A stretch of 64,000 nt of DNA from Octopus sinensis (taxonomy: Eukaryota): assembly GCF_006345805.1 (NCBI RefSeq), contig NC_043007.1, forward strand, positions 31,434,001 to 31,498,000. Direction: 5' to 3'. Shown here in pieces: positions 1 through 12,118 of the stretch; within the stretch, counting starts at the first letter, position 1, and every line of letters starts with the position of its first letter. The notes below the pieces were generated by a model, which did no database searches, was not told the origin of the DNA, and worked only from the letters and a program-made list of their open reading frames with translations. The translations under genes and the position numbers were made by a program.

Positions 1-260
1 TTTTTATTTTCCAAAAAGTTTCGTTGCGTCTTGCTAACATGTAGCTAACATGTATATTACGAATACAGTCCATAAGCAGAACAGTAAAAATATGCAAGAC
101 ATTTTTCAAGTTTAACATGTGACAATGCTTTTGTTGTTTACTTTCCAAAGATAGAGTATTGTACCATGGTTAGAAACCAGCCCCTTCGCAAGAAGACTGT
201 AATTATAGATAGAAGAGAACATACATACATACATGTATGTATATATGTATGTATATATGT

Positions 261-893
261 ATTCCCGCAGGAATGATTGCCCATCTCCAGACTCTTGACA
301 TTGCAATAAATAACCATTCTAGGACCATTTACGCATGGAAATCAATGACTACATTGATAACAAAATGGTGAGAAATCAGGATTTTGTGGAAATTTTGTGA
401 AACCCAGCCTGCAAAAGATCGTGACTTGGGTGACGAATTCATGGAACAAAACCACAGACAGCTTGTGCTGCTAATGCACTACGTGTAGGTTACCTGGACA
501 AGAACTTCTCGTTCAGTGAGAACTCCATTGCTCCACATGAGAGATTGGGGACGAAAGTTCTGCCGGAAATGTAGTCACACGAAAACTCCGCAGGAATTTT
601 GAAATCCGGTGATTTGCAGAGCAATGACATTCTAGAGAACGGCGACCTTACTGCTTTTGAATAAATTGTTATTAATGAGTTCCTAATTAAAGGAACATGT
701 AAATTGTCAAGTAAATGTAGATCGTTTTTTTGTAATTTCCGTTTATTTAGTAATTTTGTAATTCCCTATTTCGTAATGTCGTTTTTCGATACATTAAAAG
801 AAAATATGAACTCCCCTGAAAATAAGCCCTTAATGCGTCATTTTAGAGTGAAAATTAATATAAGCCTTGTCTTATTTTGGGGGAAACACGGTA
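261..893 (+). mobile_element. pogo/Tc2-like DNA transposon 3' remnant (DDE_1 transposase pseudogene plus right TIR)
   Basis: Manual translation from 261, across frameshifts and a stop, gives IPAGMIAHLQTLDIAIN-PF*DHLRMEINDYIDNKMVRNQ..GNFVKPSLQKIVTWVTNSWNK. This matches the pogo IPGG.T..LQPLD..NKPFK motif. The element ends in GTCTTATTTTGGGGGAAACACGG-TA, a Tc2/pogo-type TIR plus TA. Confidence 0.75.
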
Positions 894-1312
894 GTAACTG
901 AATACAAGACTATGGAAGACGTTACTTGCTAAAAGTGTCGTGCAATGATATCGAAGTCAGAGCAAGTAGCGCGAAGAGATCTTCTTTGTTAACCCCGTAG
1001 TCTTGTTTTTCTTCTCCACCTAATCGCTTGTGTCCAACAGAACATCGACTTTCCCACACTGATCCATAAATATACAACGACACTTGTTTATAATTCGCTA
1101 ACGACATCAAGATCAGAACTGAAGATAGTGATTTTGCTATGTGTTATAGCTTTAGTATGGTAAACAGTCAGACAGGAAAGTATTGTTTGGATATTTTTAA
1201 CCACAGAGCCAGGAAACTGTTTTAACCGTCCACTCAACATAATGTTTATATATACATACATACATACACGCACACATAATATACGCATACGACATTTTAA
1301 AAGTTTTTCTAT

Positions 1313-1460
1313 AGGCGCAGGCATGGCGGTGTGATAAGAAATTTGCTTCCCAACCACATAGTTCTGGGTTCGGTCCCACTGCGTGGTACCTTCAGCACGT
1401 GTCTTCTACTATAGCCTCGGGCCGACCAAAGCCTTGTGAGTGAATTTGTCAGACGCAACG
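1313..1460 (+). mobile_element. SINE family A, 5' half (tRNA-derived head)
   Basis: GGCGCAGGCATGGCGGTGTGATAAG..GGTTCGGTCCC resembles pol III A/B boxes. The same sequence recurs more than 15 times in the window. Confidence 0.85.
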
Positions 1461-1483
1461 TCACATACATATATAAACTTGAC

Positions 1484-1848
1484 TGCGTCGGTTACGAATG
1501 ACCATGGGTGCACCTGAGGGGTTCCCCTCCGGGGTACAAGTCTGGGTGGAAAGTCGCCTCACCGGCGAACGCGCAACCTAGGGTTGTTGTTTTTTATGGA
1601 AGAGCAGCAGTCGCCCATGCATACCATCCTCCTCTCTCCACACCACCAGTGTTATCCAAGGGAAAGGAAAAGGGGCCGATACGGCTTGGCACCAGTGATG
1701 TCACAACTCATTTCTACAGCTGAATGAACTGGAGCAATGTGAAATAAAGTGTCTTGCTCAAGAACACAACACGCAGCCCGGTCCGGGAATCGAACTCACA
1801 ACCTCACGATCATAATCTCGATGCACTAACCACTGAGTCATGCGCCTG
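1484..1848 (-). mobile_element. SINE family B (tRNA-derived), near full length
   Basis: The minus strand reads AGGCGCATGACTCAGTGGTTAG..GAGTTCGATTCCC then CTTGAGCAAGACACTTTATTTCAC. The head is shared with the copy at 18010. Confidence 0.8.
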
Positions 1849-1879
1849 CACTATACAAACACACACACATACACACACA

Positions 1880-2056
1880 TACAGGGTTATTCAAAAAGAA
1901 TGAACCGATTTCATTACGCAATATTTTAATAAGGCAAAAGAATAGAAAATTCCAGCTAATTCCCAAGTATTTACTCCCAATCAACTTTTATTTCCTGTCT
2001 CACAAGTGTTCAACGTGGCCACCACCTTCAGCGCGGGCAACATCAATGCGATAAAA
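1880..2056 (-). mobile_element. Tc1/mariner-superfamily transposon 3' end (transposase C-terminus plus TIR)
   Basis: Minus strand 2053-2000 translates to YRIDVARAEGGGHVEHL*, a typical Tc1/mariner C-terminus. It is followed by a terminus reading TA-CAGGGTTATTCAAAAAGA on the + strand. Confidence 0.7.
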
Positions 2057-2247
2057 ATGTCTCCCATCAAAGATTTCTCTTGATCCCGACCGACCTAAAT
2101 CTAAAGACCAATACTGATTATCTGTAATAGAATATTCTAGATAACTCCTTCGAAATTCTATGGCTCTGTATGCTCGATTTACTTTGCATTTAATGATGGT
2201 GGAAATTCTGTGAGGTTAAACGGAACACAGGAAGTTGCATTGAATTG

Positions 2248-2342
2248 ATATTGTAATATTATGGGCCTTGTGCCTAGAGTAAAAAAAGATATTGTAATAT
2301 TATGGGCCTTGTGCCTAGAGTAAAAAAAGATATTGTAATATT
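2248..2342. repeat. 41-bp tandem duplication
   Basis: GATATTGTAATATTATGGGCCTTGTGCCTAGAGTAAAAAAA occurs about 2.3 times. Confidence 0.9.
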
Positions 2343-2577
2343 TACATATTCACACAAAACATGCGGAAATTCTATGCGTTTCGCTCCTAAATATAAAACT
2401 CCATGAAAAAAAAAGCAACTTATTCAATTAATATCGTTCTTTTAAAAAGCATAATTCTTTTTCGTATACAAATCCCGACAATTAAACATAAATAATTACA
2501 ATCTTTTCAATTAAAAAACACACACAAAAGCATAATTAATGAAAACGATTCATTCAAGTTTTCCCCAGTAATACTAT

Positions 2578-2861
2578 TTTACTTGTTTCAGTCATTTGAA
2601 TGCGGCCATACTGGAGCACCGCCATTTAGTCGAGCAAATCGACCCCAGAACTTATTCTTTGTAAGCCTAGTACTTATTCTATCGGTCACTTTTGCCGAAC
2701 CGCTAAGTTACGGGGACGTAAACACGCCGGCATCGGTTGTCAAGCGATGTTGGGGGGACAAACAGACACACAAACATATACACACACATATACTCATACA
2801 TACACACACATATACACATACATACACACATATACACATACATATATACATGCATACATAC

Positions 2862-2918
<57 letters not shown>

Positions 2919-3000
2919 CATATATATGCGACGGGCTTCTTTCAGTTTCCGTCTGCCAAAGCCATTCACAAGCCTTTGGTCGGCCCGAGGCTATAGTAGA
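2578..3000 (-). mobile_element. SINE family A with internal expanded (TA)n/(CA)n tract, head truncated
   Basis: It is the reverse complement of the family A body and 3' module, with a microsatellite at 2770-2927. Confidence 0.85.
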
Positions 3001-3199
3001 TGTAATCGACCTACCCACTTCCCCGGACTTCCAAGCCTTGTACCAAATTTCTGAAACCGTTGAACAGGCAGAAACGATAACCATTCAGTCTTGAGCATTC
3101 ATGGTTGAATTTTTTATTCGTTTTGGCTCATAAGACATTAAAATATTTCTCGTGCACTTTGGTCCCGTTGGTTCTCTCACCAAAGTTTGTTGCTTCCTC

Positions 3200-3430
3200 T
3201 ATATATATGTATGTGTGTGTATATGTTTGTGCGTCTGTGGTTGTCCCCCAACATCGCTTGACAACCAATGTTGGTGTGTTTACGTCCCCGTAACTTAACG
3301 GTTCGGCAAAAGAGACCGATAGAATAAGTACTAGGCTTACAAAGAATAAGTCCAGGGGTCCATTTCTTCGACTAAAAGGCGGTGCTCCAGCATGGCCACA
3401 GTCAAATGACTGAAACAAGTAAAAGAGAAC
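3200..3430 (+). mobile_element. SINE family A, 3' half
   Basis: Contains CATCGCTTGACAACC..GGCGGTGCTCCAGCATGGCCACAGTCAAATGACTGAAACAAGTAAAAG. Confidence 0.85.
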
Positions 3431-3688
3431 GAGATGTTGTTTCTAAAGCCTACGTCATTCAAGTGTGATTATATATTTTTAAAAAGGCAGAATATTTTAG
3501 TGAGACTTAGCTGCCATTTCTAGCAGGCCGAACGACCATGTATAGTCTCTTCCTCTCCAGCTGGCTGCAAAGGCGTAAAGTTCCAATGTTCATTGTAATT
3601 TGTATTCCTATCATAGCTGTGTGTGTGTGTCTTTCTCTCTCTCAAAGAATGCCATATATTTTAGGTGTGTTTCCATATGTATTTGGGT

Positions 3689-3721
<33 letters not shown>

Positions 3722-3757
3722 CACACGCACACACACACACACACGCACACACACACA

Positions 3758-3831
<74 letters not shown>

Positions 3832-3861
3832 GCACACCACAACAACACACACACACACACA

Positions 3862-3893
<32 letters not shown>

Positions 3894-4039
3894 ATACACA
3901 CACACACACAACCGCACACACACACACGCACACAAGCACACACACACACACACACACACGCACACACGCACACACGCACACACCCCACACCACACACAAC
4001 CACCACACACACACACACACACGCGCACACACACACACA

Positions 4040-4077
<38 letters not shown>

Positions 4078-4127
4078 CACACACACCACACACTACAACA
4101 CACACCACACACACACATACACACACA

Positions 4128-4161
<34 letters not shown>

Positions 4162-4181
4162 TACACACACACACACACATA

Positions 4182-4213
<32 letters not shown>

Positions 4214-4423
4214 CGCGCGCACACAACACACAAACACACACACACATACACACACACACAACACACACACACAATGAGAGCATTTATGTGTAAGCACGAT
4301 TGTTAATTAACAAGCACGTACATTATGTGTGAGTATATGTATGGTGTGTGTGTGTGTTGTGTGTGTGTGTGTGTGTGGTGTGTGTGCGGTGTGTGTGTGT
4401 GTGTGTGTGTGTGAGTATATGTG

Positions 4424-4469
<46 letters not shown>

Positions 4470-4502
4470 GTGTGTGTGTTGTGTGTGTGTGAGTATATGT
4501 GC

Positions 4503-4531
<29 letters not shown>
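3689..4531. repeat. Long degenerate (CA)n tract followed by (TG)n tract
   Basis: (CA)n at 3689-4272 and (TG)n at 4326-4531 are directly visible. Confidence 0.95.
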
Positions 4532-4533
<2 letters not shown>

Positions 4534-4904
4534 TAAGATGACGCAGGCTGAGTGAGGTTTGCTTTCAACGCATTTGTTAAAAAATTGCAAGAATTAACGA
4601 ATACGACAAAGATATTTAATATAAGTTTTTTATCTTTCACACTTGTTTCAGTTATTGGAATGCGGCCACGCTGGGGCATCGCCCTGGAAGGTTTTCTTTA
4701 GGCAGACAACTCGGCTCCAGTACTTGTGTTTTTTCTGTGTTTTTTTTTTCTTTTTTGAGTCTGTTACTTATTCTATCGGTCTTTTGTGTCGAACCGCTAA
4801 GTTACATGGACATAAACCAATACTGGTCGCCAAGTGATGGCGGAGCGTGAATTGACAAATACAGACACAAAGAGATAGTCATGTGTGCGTACGTGTGTGT
4901 ATGT

Positions 4905-4958
<54 letters not shown>

Positions 4959-4997
4959 TGTGTGTGTGTATGTGTATATATATATATATATATATAT

Positions 4998-5165
4998 AGG
5001 CGCAGGAGTGGCTGTGTGGTAAGAAGCTTGCTTACCAACCACATGGTTCTGAGTTCAGTCCCACTGCGTGTCATCTTGGGCAAGTGTCTTCTGCTATAGA
5101 CTCGGGCCGACCAAAGTCTTGTGGGTGGATTTGGTAGATGGAAACTGAAAGAAGCCCGTCGTATA
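4998..5165 (+). mobile_element. SINE family A, 5' half
   Basis: Contains AGGCGCAGGAGTGGCTGTGTGGTAAG..GAAACTGAAAGAAGCCCGTCGTA. Confidence 0.9.
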
Positions 5166-5176
5166 AATAATGTATG

Positions 5177-5214
<38 letters not shown>

Positions 5215-5250
5215 AGTGTGTACACACGATAGAAATGTACATACATACAT

Positions 5251-5282
<32 letters not shown>

Positions 5283-6634
5283 CACACACACACACTATGG
5301 GGTTTCACACAGTTTCTGTCTGCCAAATTCCCTCGCAATTCATTAGTCAGTCTATCTCAGAAGGCATCTTGCAAAATGAGCCCCTTAACCTTGCAGCCAT
5401 GTCTTTGCCTAATCTTATCCTTAATTTTATTTAATTCAATTTTCCTGCTTATCTCTCCCTGTCCTCATTTATTTATTTCTTTCTTCAGTTTTACCAATAA
5501 TGGTTTGTTCTTCTCACTAAGGGCGTATCTTTTAATGAATTAAAATATCTTCGTTTCCTACATCTAAGTATGCTAGCGCCCACTTAACTATTTAATGGAG
5601 AAGTTCATTTCGAACAAGTATATCATAAAAGTGGGAAAACAAGCCGTTAGCTGTGGACTAATTATTGCACTAGTAGTTGTTGTGACTATTATAGTTCTTG
5701 GTAACTGTACAGTTTGACATACTTCCATACGACCAACCGAAAACCGGCCAACTCTTGCGCTGCCAAACAAGCCCTGGCATTTTATCACTGTCATTAACCA
5801 CTTCAGCATGAAGTGATAACACTTTAAGATAAGGATTTTCCTTTCCTGGTTTATAGACTGACCGACAATAAATAAATAATAATAATTATGACAAAGGCAA
5901 GGGAATAAGAGACAGAGAGAAAGAGGAAGGAATGTTTTAGGCATATTAGAACAATAGAAGCGACTATTATATATGTGGATGTATATCTTCTCTGTTTTGT
6001 CAATATTAGAGTCTCTTTTATTAGCCTTTTAGCTGATAACTCCAGCCAAAAGCTGAACTTTTAAGAAGATTTTTGGATTTGTTTTCTATCTATTTTATTT
6101 CATTTCATTTTATTTATTTGACTGTGTTTCAAACAGATGGGACCTGTAGAACTTCTGTTCTGTCTTTGAAAATCTCAGCATGACAAAATCATTGCGTAAA
6201 CATTTAACAATATATCCTACCGAGTTCCATTTATTGATTATGGCTTTAAACAGAAGCACGAACCTGAACAAAATATAAATAACTTAATGTCTTGCGAAGA
6301 TTTTCGAGCAGCTGTTTATGATATTGCACTGCATTTGCGCAAGGAAGATATGTCGTTTCATAGCCGTTGTTTGTTATCACACTGCGCTGATCTAAAGGTA
6401 ATATTTTATCCCCCTTGTTTATGAATAACAACTTCTGGGGCCCGTGTAATTGATTAATAAACATTGAAAGTATTAAGTGGTATAACGTCTGTCGGCTGTT
6501 ACAGGGGGGAACATAATAGAAGATCCACTTTTGGTTGGGGGCATTGCAGGAGCTGTGGCGACGATGAATGAACTTTGAGGAAATGAGACACAGAAAGTCC
6601 TTCAGTCAGAAGGGGTTTGATGGTCCTTTCTACG

Positions 6635-6840
6635 ATAGGCACAGGGCCTGAAATTTCGCTGGAGGGGGATGAGTCGATCCCATCAACATCAGTGTTCAAC
6701 TGGTACTTATTTTATCGATCTCGAAAGGATGAAAGGTAAAGTTGACCTCGGTGGAATTTGAACTCAGAACGTAAAGATGGACGAAATACGGCTAAGCACT
6801 TTGCCCGGCGTGCTAACGATTCTGCAAGTTCACCGCCTTT
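6635..6840 (-). mobile_element. SINE family C (tRNA-derived)
   Basis: The minus strand reads AAGGCGGTGAACTTGCAGAATCGTTAGCACGCCGGGC..GAGTTCAAATTCC..CCTTTCATCCTTTCG. It is homologous to the copy at 11883. Confidence 0.85.
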
Positions 6841-7599
6841 GGAAGTCTTTGATATTGAAGAGAGAGGAATGAGGCTGGGTTCTACGAATGCGTCAACAGA
6901 TTGCAGCTGATTATTCTAAGTTCCTTGCTGAAAGAACCTAAGGCCGAGAAACCCGTCTATAAACCACACCAGAAAACAGAATTGGTCCGTAAGCATTACA
7001 TCAACAGTGAAAGCTTCTATAATTGCTACTCTACTTCCAATCGGTCTCGGGGTCTTCTGTTGAAAGACCTGGAACTCCCTCAGACCCCAGAAGCATCACT
7101 AACGAAGCATCCCAGAGCACCCCATGAAATGTATGATGGGACTGGAGCTTAATTATTGGGACTGGAGCTTAATTTTTTTTATTAGCATCTTTGAAACTGA
7201 TATGCATGTGTGTATATGTGTGTGTATATGCGTGTGTGTGTGCGTGCATTTGTATATAAAGGAAATCTTTATTACATATTTTGGGAGTAAATATAAGATG
7301 CACACGCGTGCCCTTACACACACACACACACACACATATCTTCACGTGCTGCGTGTATATAGACCAAACTGATATAGACAAATGTTCGTAGAGAAAAAAA
7401 TGGGGTAAGAATTATGGGAATGGTGGAGAAAGAGGGAGCGGGGGTGGGGGAGACGGTGAAGGAAAGAAGAAGAGAAAGAGAGGAAGAGAGATGTGGAGAG
7501 AGTGAAATATGTCATCACAGACAATCTTTTTGACTAATCTAAAACAAATATTATGATATTGATGTAAAGGAGAAGATAAAACGAATTAAACGAACATTT

Positions 7600-7630
<31 letters not shown>

Positions 7631-7769
7631 TTCTCTCCCTCCTCCGCAACACTTTTACGCCATCTTTCATCTTGCGCAGAGATTCATATTTATCCAATCG
7701 ACCAAGAATGTTTATTTATATTTTCAATATTTGAAAGTATTCTTATAATTCCTGCTGTTCCAAATATTC

Positions 7770-8130
7770 CAACCACCCATTCATCCATCCATACGTGCAA
7801 CCATGCATACGTGCATCCATCCACCCATCCATCAATCCATCCGTTGAATCCATTCGTCCACGCATCCACCTCAGATCTCACATCCATCCATTCATCTATC
7901 CATCCATCCATCCATCCATCCACCCATCCACCCATCCATCTATCCAATCATCCATCCATTCATCCATGCATGCATGCATGCATCCATCCATCCATCTACC
8001 CACCTATCCATCCATCCATCCATCTGCCTGCTTACTTGTCTGTTTGTCTGTCTGTCTGTCTGTATGTATGTATGTATGTTTGCATGTATGTATGTATGTA
8101 TGTATGTATGTATGTATGTACGTATGTATC
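7770..8130. repeat. (CCAT)n/(CTGT)n/(TATG)n compound microsatellite
   Basis: Tetranucleotide arrays are directly visible. Confidence 0.9.
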
Positions 8131-8568
8131 CGGTATACGGAATTGAGTCAGCATTAAATTAAAATTGTCATCAATTTATCATACGCCATTTATTGCGGTA
8201 TTCGTCCTGCTATGGCATCCGTCATGAAAGTGTTTTGTTAAACATAAAATGAATATCGGAAAGACACGACAAAATCGCCCTTCATTTCCCTGAAGAGAAG
8301 ATTACATTGTTTTACACCATTTTATTCCTTTGGAATAATACCAATAATACCTTCTGCCGATGTGTCGGAAGTAAAAGAATTTGAATAACACTTGCATTTA
8401 ACTCCATTTATATAAATATATATATAGCTTAAATTCTGAATTATTTTCAAGGATTCCTTATCGTTTTCTTTTGTAACGTGCTATATATTCTATATGGTTT
8501 GTAGAATGATACATTAAGAAACTTCTTTTGTGAGTACTATCAGATTAGTGGAAATTCATATATTGTGA

Positions 8569-8619
<51 letters not shown>

Positions 8620-8716
8620 CCCCAAAATCGAAGAACAAACACAAAGAAAAGACAACAACCCGAGTACGTGGTACATGTAAAGTATTAGCCGACGCTCAGG
8701 GAAGGAAAGAAAGATG

Positions 8717-8751
8717 GTTAAACGTTTCGAGCAAAGCTCTTCTTCAGAAAC
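8717..8751 (-). ncRNA. Minimal type I hammerhead ribozyme motif in a ~200-bp Penelope-like non-autonomous element (8616-8812)
   Basis: The minus strand reads GTTT-CTGAAGA-A-GAGC-TTT-GCTC-GAAAC-GT-T-TAAC, with a canonical CUGANGA/GAAA core, 4-bp stem II and palindromic ACGT stem III. Confidence 0.65.
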
Positions 8752-8814
8752 AGAAGGAAGTCCAATAGAAAAGGATGACAGAGGAAAAAAATCGCCAACG
8801 ACTCACATGTAGTT

Positions 8815-8845
<31 letters not shown>

Positions 8846-9307
8846 GAGAGAGATGAGTGAATGAATGAATACATGTTCGTATGTACTAAGTTACGTCTCA
8901 TATTTCTTTCTTGGAAACGTCTAGTGAAAGCAAAAATAAATAAATGAAAATAATAATTAATTAACAAAACGTGTCATGCGAGCTTCAGCTCCCGGCAGCC
9001 AGTTTGCGAATTGGTTTCAATTACAATTATTAACATTTGACATCTCGTCTCTGAACTCGTTCGTTTCTTCCAGGCTTAAGGGACGCCATATTTTCTTCAT
9101 CAACTTCACCAATCTAGGAGTAATTTTTGCTTGAAAGTTCTTCAGGTTTGTTCACCGAAGCATAAACGTACCATAATGATTCCAAATAACTAAAAGACAT
9201 CAAGAACAAAAACGTAAGAAAGGAACCAATTAATTTTTCACGAAGGAGTCATTTTAAAATATTTAAACCTGCAGTGGAATTAATTGAAGATATTTTAACC
9301 TTTTCGG

Positions 9308-9583
9308 AACGGGATTCCTTCAGTAATGGTGAATGAACCGGGAAGAAGCCGTCGCTGAATCTCGTCGTCTGCGTCGGTCGTCGAGAGCTGTGGCGCGAAG
9401 GTCGTACACGGTCGGTCGTTTCGCCCAGCTAGATTAAGAGCCCCTTGAATAGGGCTGCCTAGAGCGAGTACTAGACACATTCAGAGGCGGTGGCGATCGG
9501 CGGTGTTCTTCGGCCCGTGAGTAAGGTTGCTTGGGTATACAACCCAAATTGGGTGGTAAGTTCCATCAAAGGTTAAATACACG
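9308..9583 (+). pseudogene. Degenerate 28S rRNA 5' (D1 region) fragment
   Basis: GGATTCCTTCAGTAATGGTGAATGAACCGGGAAGAAGCC..GCTGAATC and GAGTAAGGTTGCTTGGGTATACAACCCAAATTGGGTGGTAAGTTCCATCAAAGGTTAAATAC match the conserved LSU segments flanking D1, with many substitutions. No other rDNA is nearby. Confidence 0.8.
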
Positions 9584-9704
9584 AATTAATGTTTGCACAT
9601 GTCACCCTTCCTTCTTACCCTCACACATAAAGCAACTAAATATATATAAACGACGGGAACATTTATTTTTTAAAAGTGAATATCTTTTGTCTTCATTCTT
9701 TTAT

Positions 9705-9965
9705 CTTGTAAGTGTTCCATTCATTGAACTGTGGCCATGCTGGAGGACAGGCACAAACACTTAGATACACACACACGCATACACACACACGCACACACAC
9801 GCACACACAGAACGCGCTTCTTTCAGTTTCCGTCTACCAATTCGTCTCAAAAGTCTTAGATCGGCCCGAGGCTATAGTAGAAGACACTTGGCCAAATGTC
9901 AGTCATTGGAACTGAACCCGAAACTGCGTGCTTTGGAAGCAAAATTCTTACCACACAGCCATACC
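9705..9965 (-). mobile_element. SINE family A, degenerate with internal deletion
   Basis: Contains CTTTCAGTTTCCGTCTACCAA..GCTATAGTAGAAGACACTTG..CTTACCACACAGCCAT. Confidence 0.75.
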
Positions 9966-10544
9966 GACTTTTGGTAAACAGAAGAGAATCCATTCCTGTT
10001 TATTTTGGCAAGCAAATAGATTTATACACATATATATTAATTATATCTTATTTACATATACACGTGCACACATGTCCCCGCATATGTGCGTACATATGTA
10101 TTGCACATGTGCATGCGCATGCGCTGTCTGCTGTTTCTGTGCGCCTGTGTAATAATATTCGACTTCATATGAAATCCACGTCAAACTGCTAACATGTCCA
10201 TGTAAGTCTCTAAGTGTTAGCAACTTCAAATATGCCGTTTTTTCTTCTTTTATTATTTATGTAGGGTACAAACGTATTCAGAGCAGTCAGTTGCTGTAAA
10301 AGGTATGCCTCGGTGGGGGTTGGCGTGGAAAGATTACAAAGGGGAGAGGTGGGGGCCTTCGATGTTTTGCTCTCGTTATTTTCCTTCGTTCTTCGTTCCC
10401 CTCCTTCATTTTAACTTTCTTCTGTTCCCCTCCTTCTTCTTCTTCTTCTTCTTCTGGTCCCTCCGGGCTCAGTGTTTACCCAGTGGTTGACTAACAAAAC
10501 AAATCGACATGACGACAACCTCATCCCGCTTGACTCCCATATAT

Positions 10545-11345
10545 GTAGAGACACACACCACGCAGACACACACAGGGCACACACACACATACAGATACAT
10601 GCATGCATACACAACTTACATTCACATATGCATACACACACAGATACAGACACATGCATACACACACAACATACAGACACATATGCATACACACACATAC
10701 AGACATATATGCATACACACACATACAGACACATATGCATACACACACAGCATACAGACACACATGCATACACACACATACAGACATATATGCATACACA
10801 CACACACGTACTCACGCACGCATGCACACACACACAGCACGCACGCATACACAAACGTATACACATGCAACACAAACGTACGCACATGTACATACACACA
10901 GAGCACACACATGCTCAAACACACACACACACATGCACACGCAACCTCCGCCCTACGTACTTCCACAGCACACACATACACATTCACATACACATAACAC
11001 ATATACACATACACTCGCATACATATACACACTCCCAACACAAACACGCACACACATACACACACAACATACATACATAGACACACAATACATGTACACA
11101 CACAAACTTAAATACATACATACATACAAACAACACACACACAAACACACACAACACACGTACACACACAAACACAAACATACATACACATATAGCACAC
11201 ACACAAACACGCAACATACACACACTCTTCCTTTCTCTTTCTCTCTTTCTTTTTCTCATCTATCTTTCTCTCTCTGTCTCTCTCCCTCTCTCTCTCCCTC
11301 TTCTCCTTTTCTTCATTTTCTTCTTCTTCTCTTTCCTTCCCAGTC
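10545..11345. repeat. Degenerate CA-rich minisatellite followed by CT-rich tract
   Basis: Repeated CATACAGACACATATGCATACACACA-like units, then (CT)-rich low-complexity sequence. Confidence 0.9.
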
Positions 11346-11882
11346 TTCCGCACCATTTCTATAATAAACTCCAAGACTTGCAGGAGCTCTGCCATGGCGG
11401 TGCGACTGTCAACTAACAGCGAAGTGATTTGGTGAAACGATTTCGAATTGGAGACGGAAATTGAAGGGCTGCTCCGAGTGGCACACACTTTAGCTACTTC
11501 ACTGATCCTGCTCGCAATTAAGGGGACAAGGGGCAATGATGCTTTCTTGTTGAAAGAGACAAGACTGGTGTTTCTTTACCAGAGGAGGCTTCAACTTCAC
11601 GAAGATTAATTCTTCAAATTTTGCTCTTATAACCCTGTCTTAATGGCAAAATAAAAGGACGGTAAAGTCGTTCGTAGTTTGCTAAATTGGTGATTTTGCG
11701 TTATTTGAGAGAAGAGAGCGAAGGCAGTATAGCTGGTTGAATCGTTCAACACGCAGTTCTGAATTCAAATTCCATCGGGGTCGAACTTGTTTCTCTTCTT
11801 TTGAGGGTCAACAGATGAAGTGTCGATTGATCACCTGGTTCGATAATTGACTTACTGATTTTGTGTTATTTCAGAGAAGATA

Positions 11883-12118
11883 AAGGTGGCGAGCTGGCAG
11901 AATCGTTAGCACGACGGGCGAAATGCTTAGCGGTATTTCGTCTGCCGCTACATTCTGAGTTCAAATTCCGCCGAGGTCGACTTTGCCTTTCATCCTTTCG
12001 GGGTCGATTAAATAAGTACCAGTTACGCACTGGGGTCAATATAATCGACTTAATCCGTCTGTCTGTCCTTGCTTGTCCTCTCTGTGTTTAACCCCTTGTG
12101 GGTAGTAAAGAAATAAGA
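11883..12118 (+). mobile_element. SINE family C, full length (degenerate neighbours at 11720-11860, 12118-12300, 12310-12530)
   Basis: Contains AAGGTGGCGAGCTGGCAGAATCGTTAGCACG..GAGTTCAAATTCCGCCGAGGTCGACTTTGCCTTTCATCCTTTCGGGGTCGAT..AAGTACCAG. Confidence 0.9.

Noticed and set aside
1313-1400. tRNA-like A/B boxes in many places
   Set aside because: These are SINE heads continuing into SINE bodies. No complete cloverleaf was seen, so they are not called tRNA genes.
3538-4306. Long ORFs in all six frames (up to 251 aa, HT/CV repeats)
   Set aside because: They are translations of (CA)n/(TG)n, which lack stop codons. The same applies to ORFs at 10.4-11.4, 21.7-22.3, 34.5-35.2 and 58.6-59.7 kb.
11370-11600. 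Complex-looking segment with open minus frame (possible exon)
   Set aside because: The peptide is unrecognisable, there are no convincing splice sites, and the ORF continues into microsatellite.
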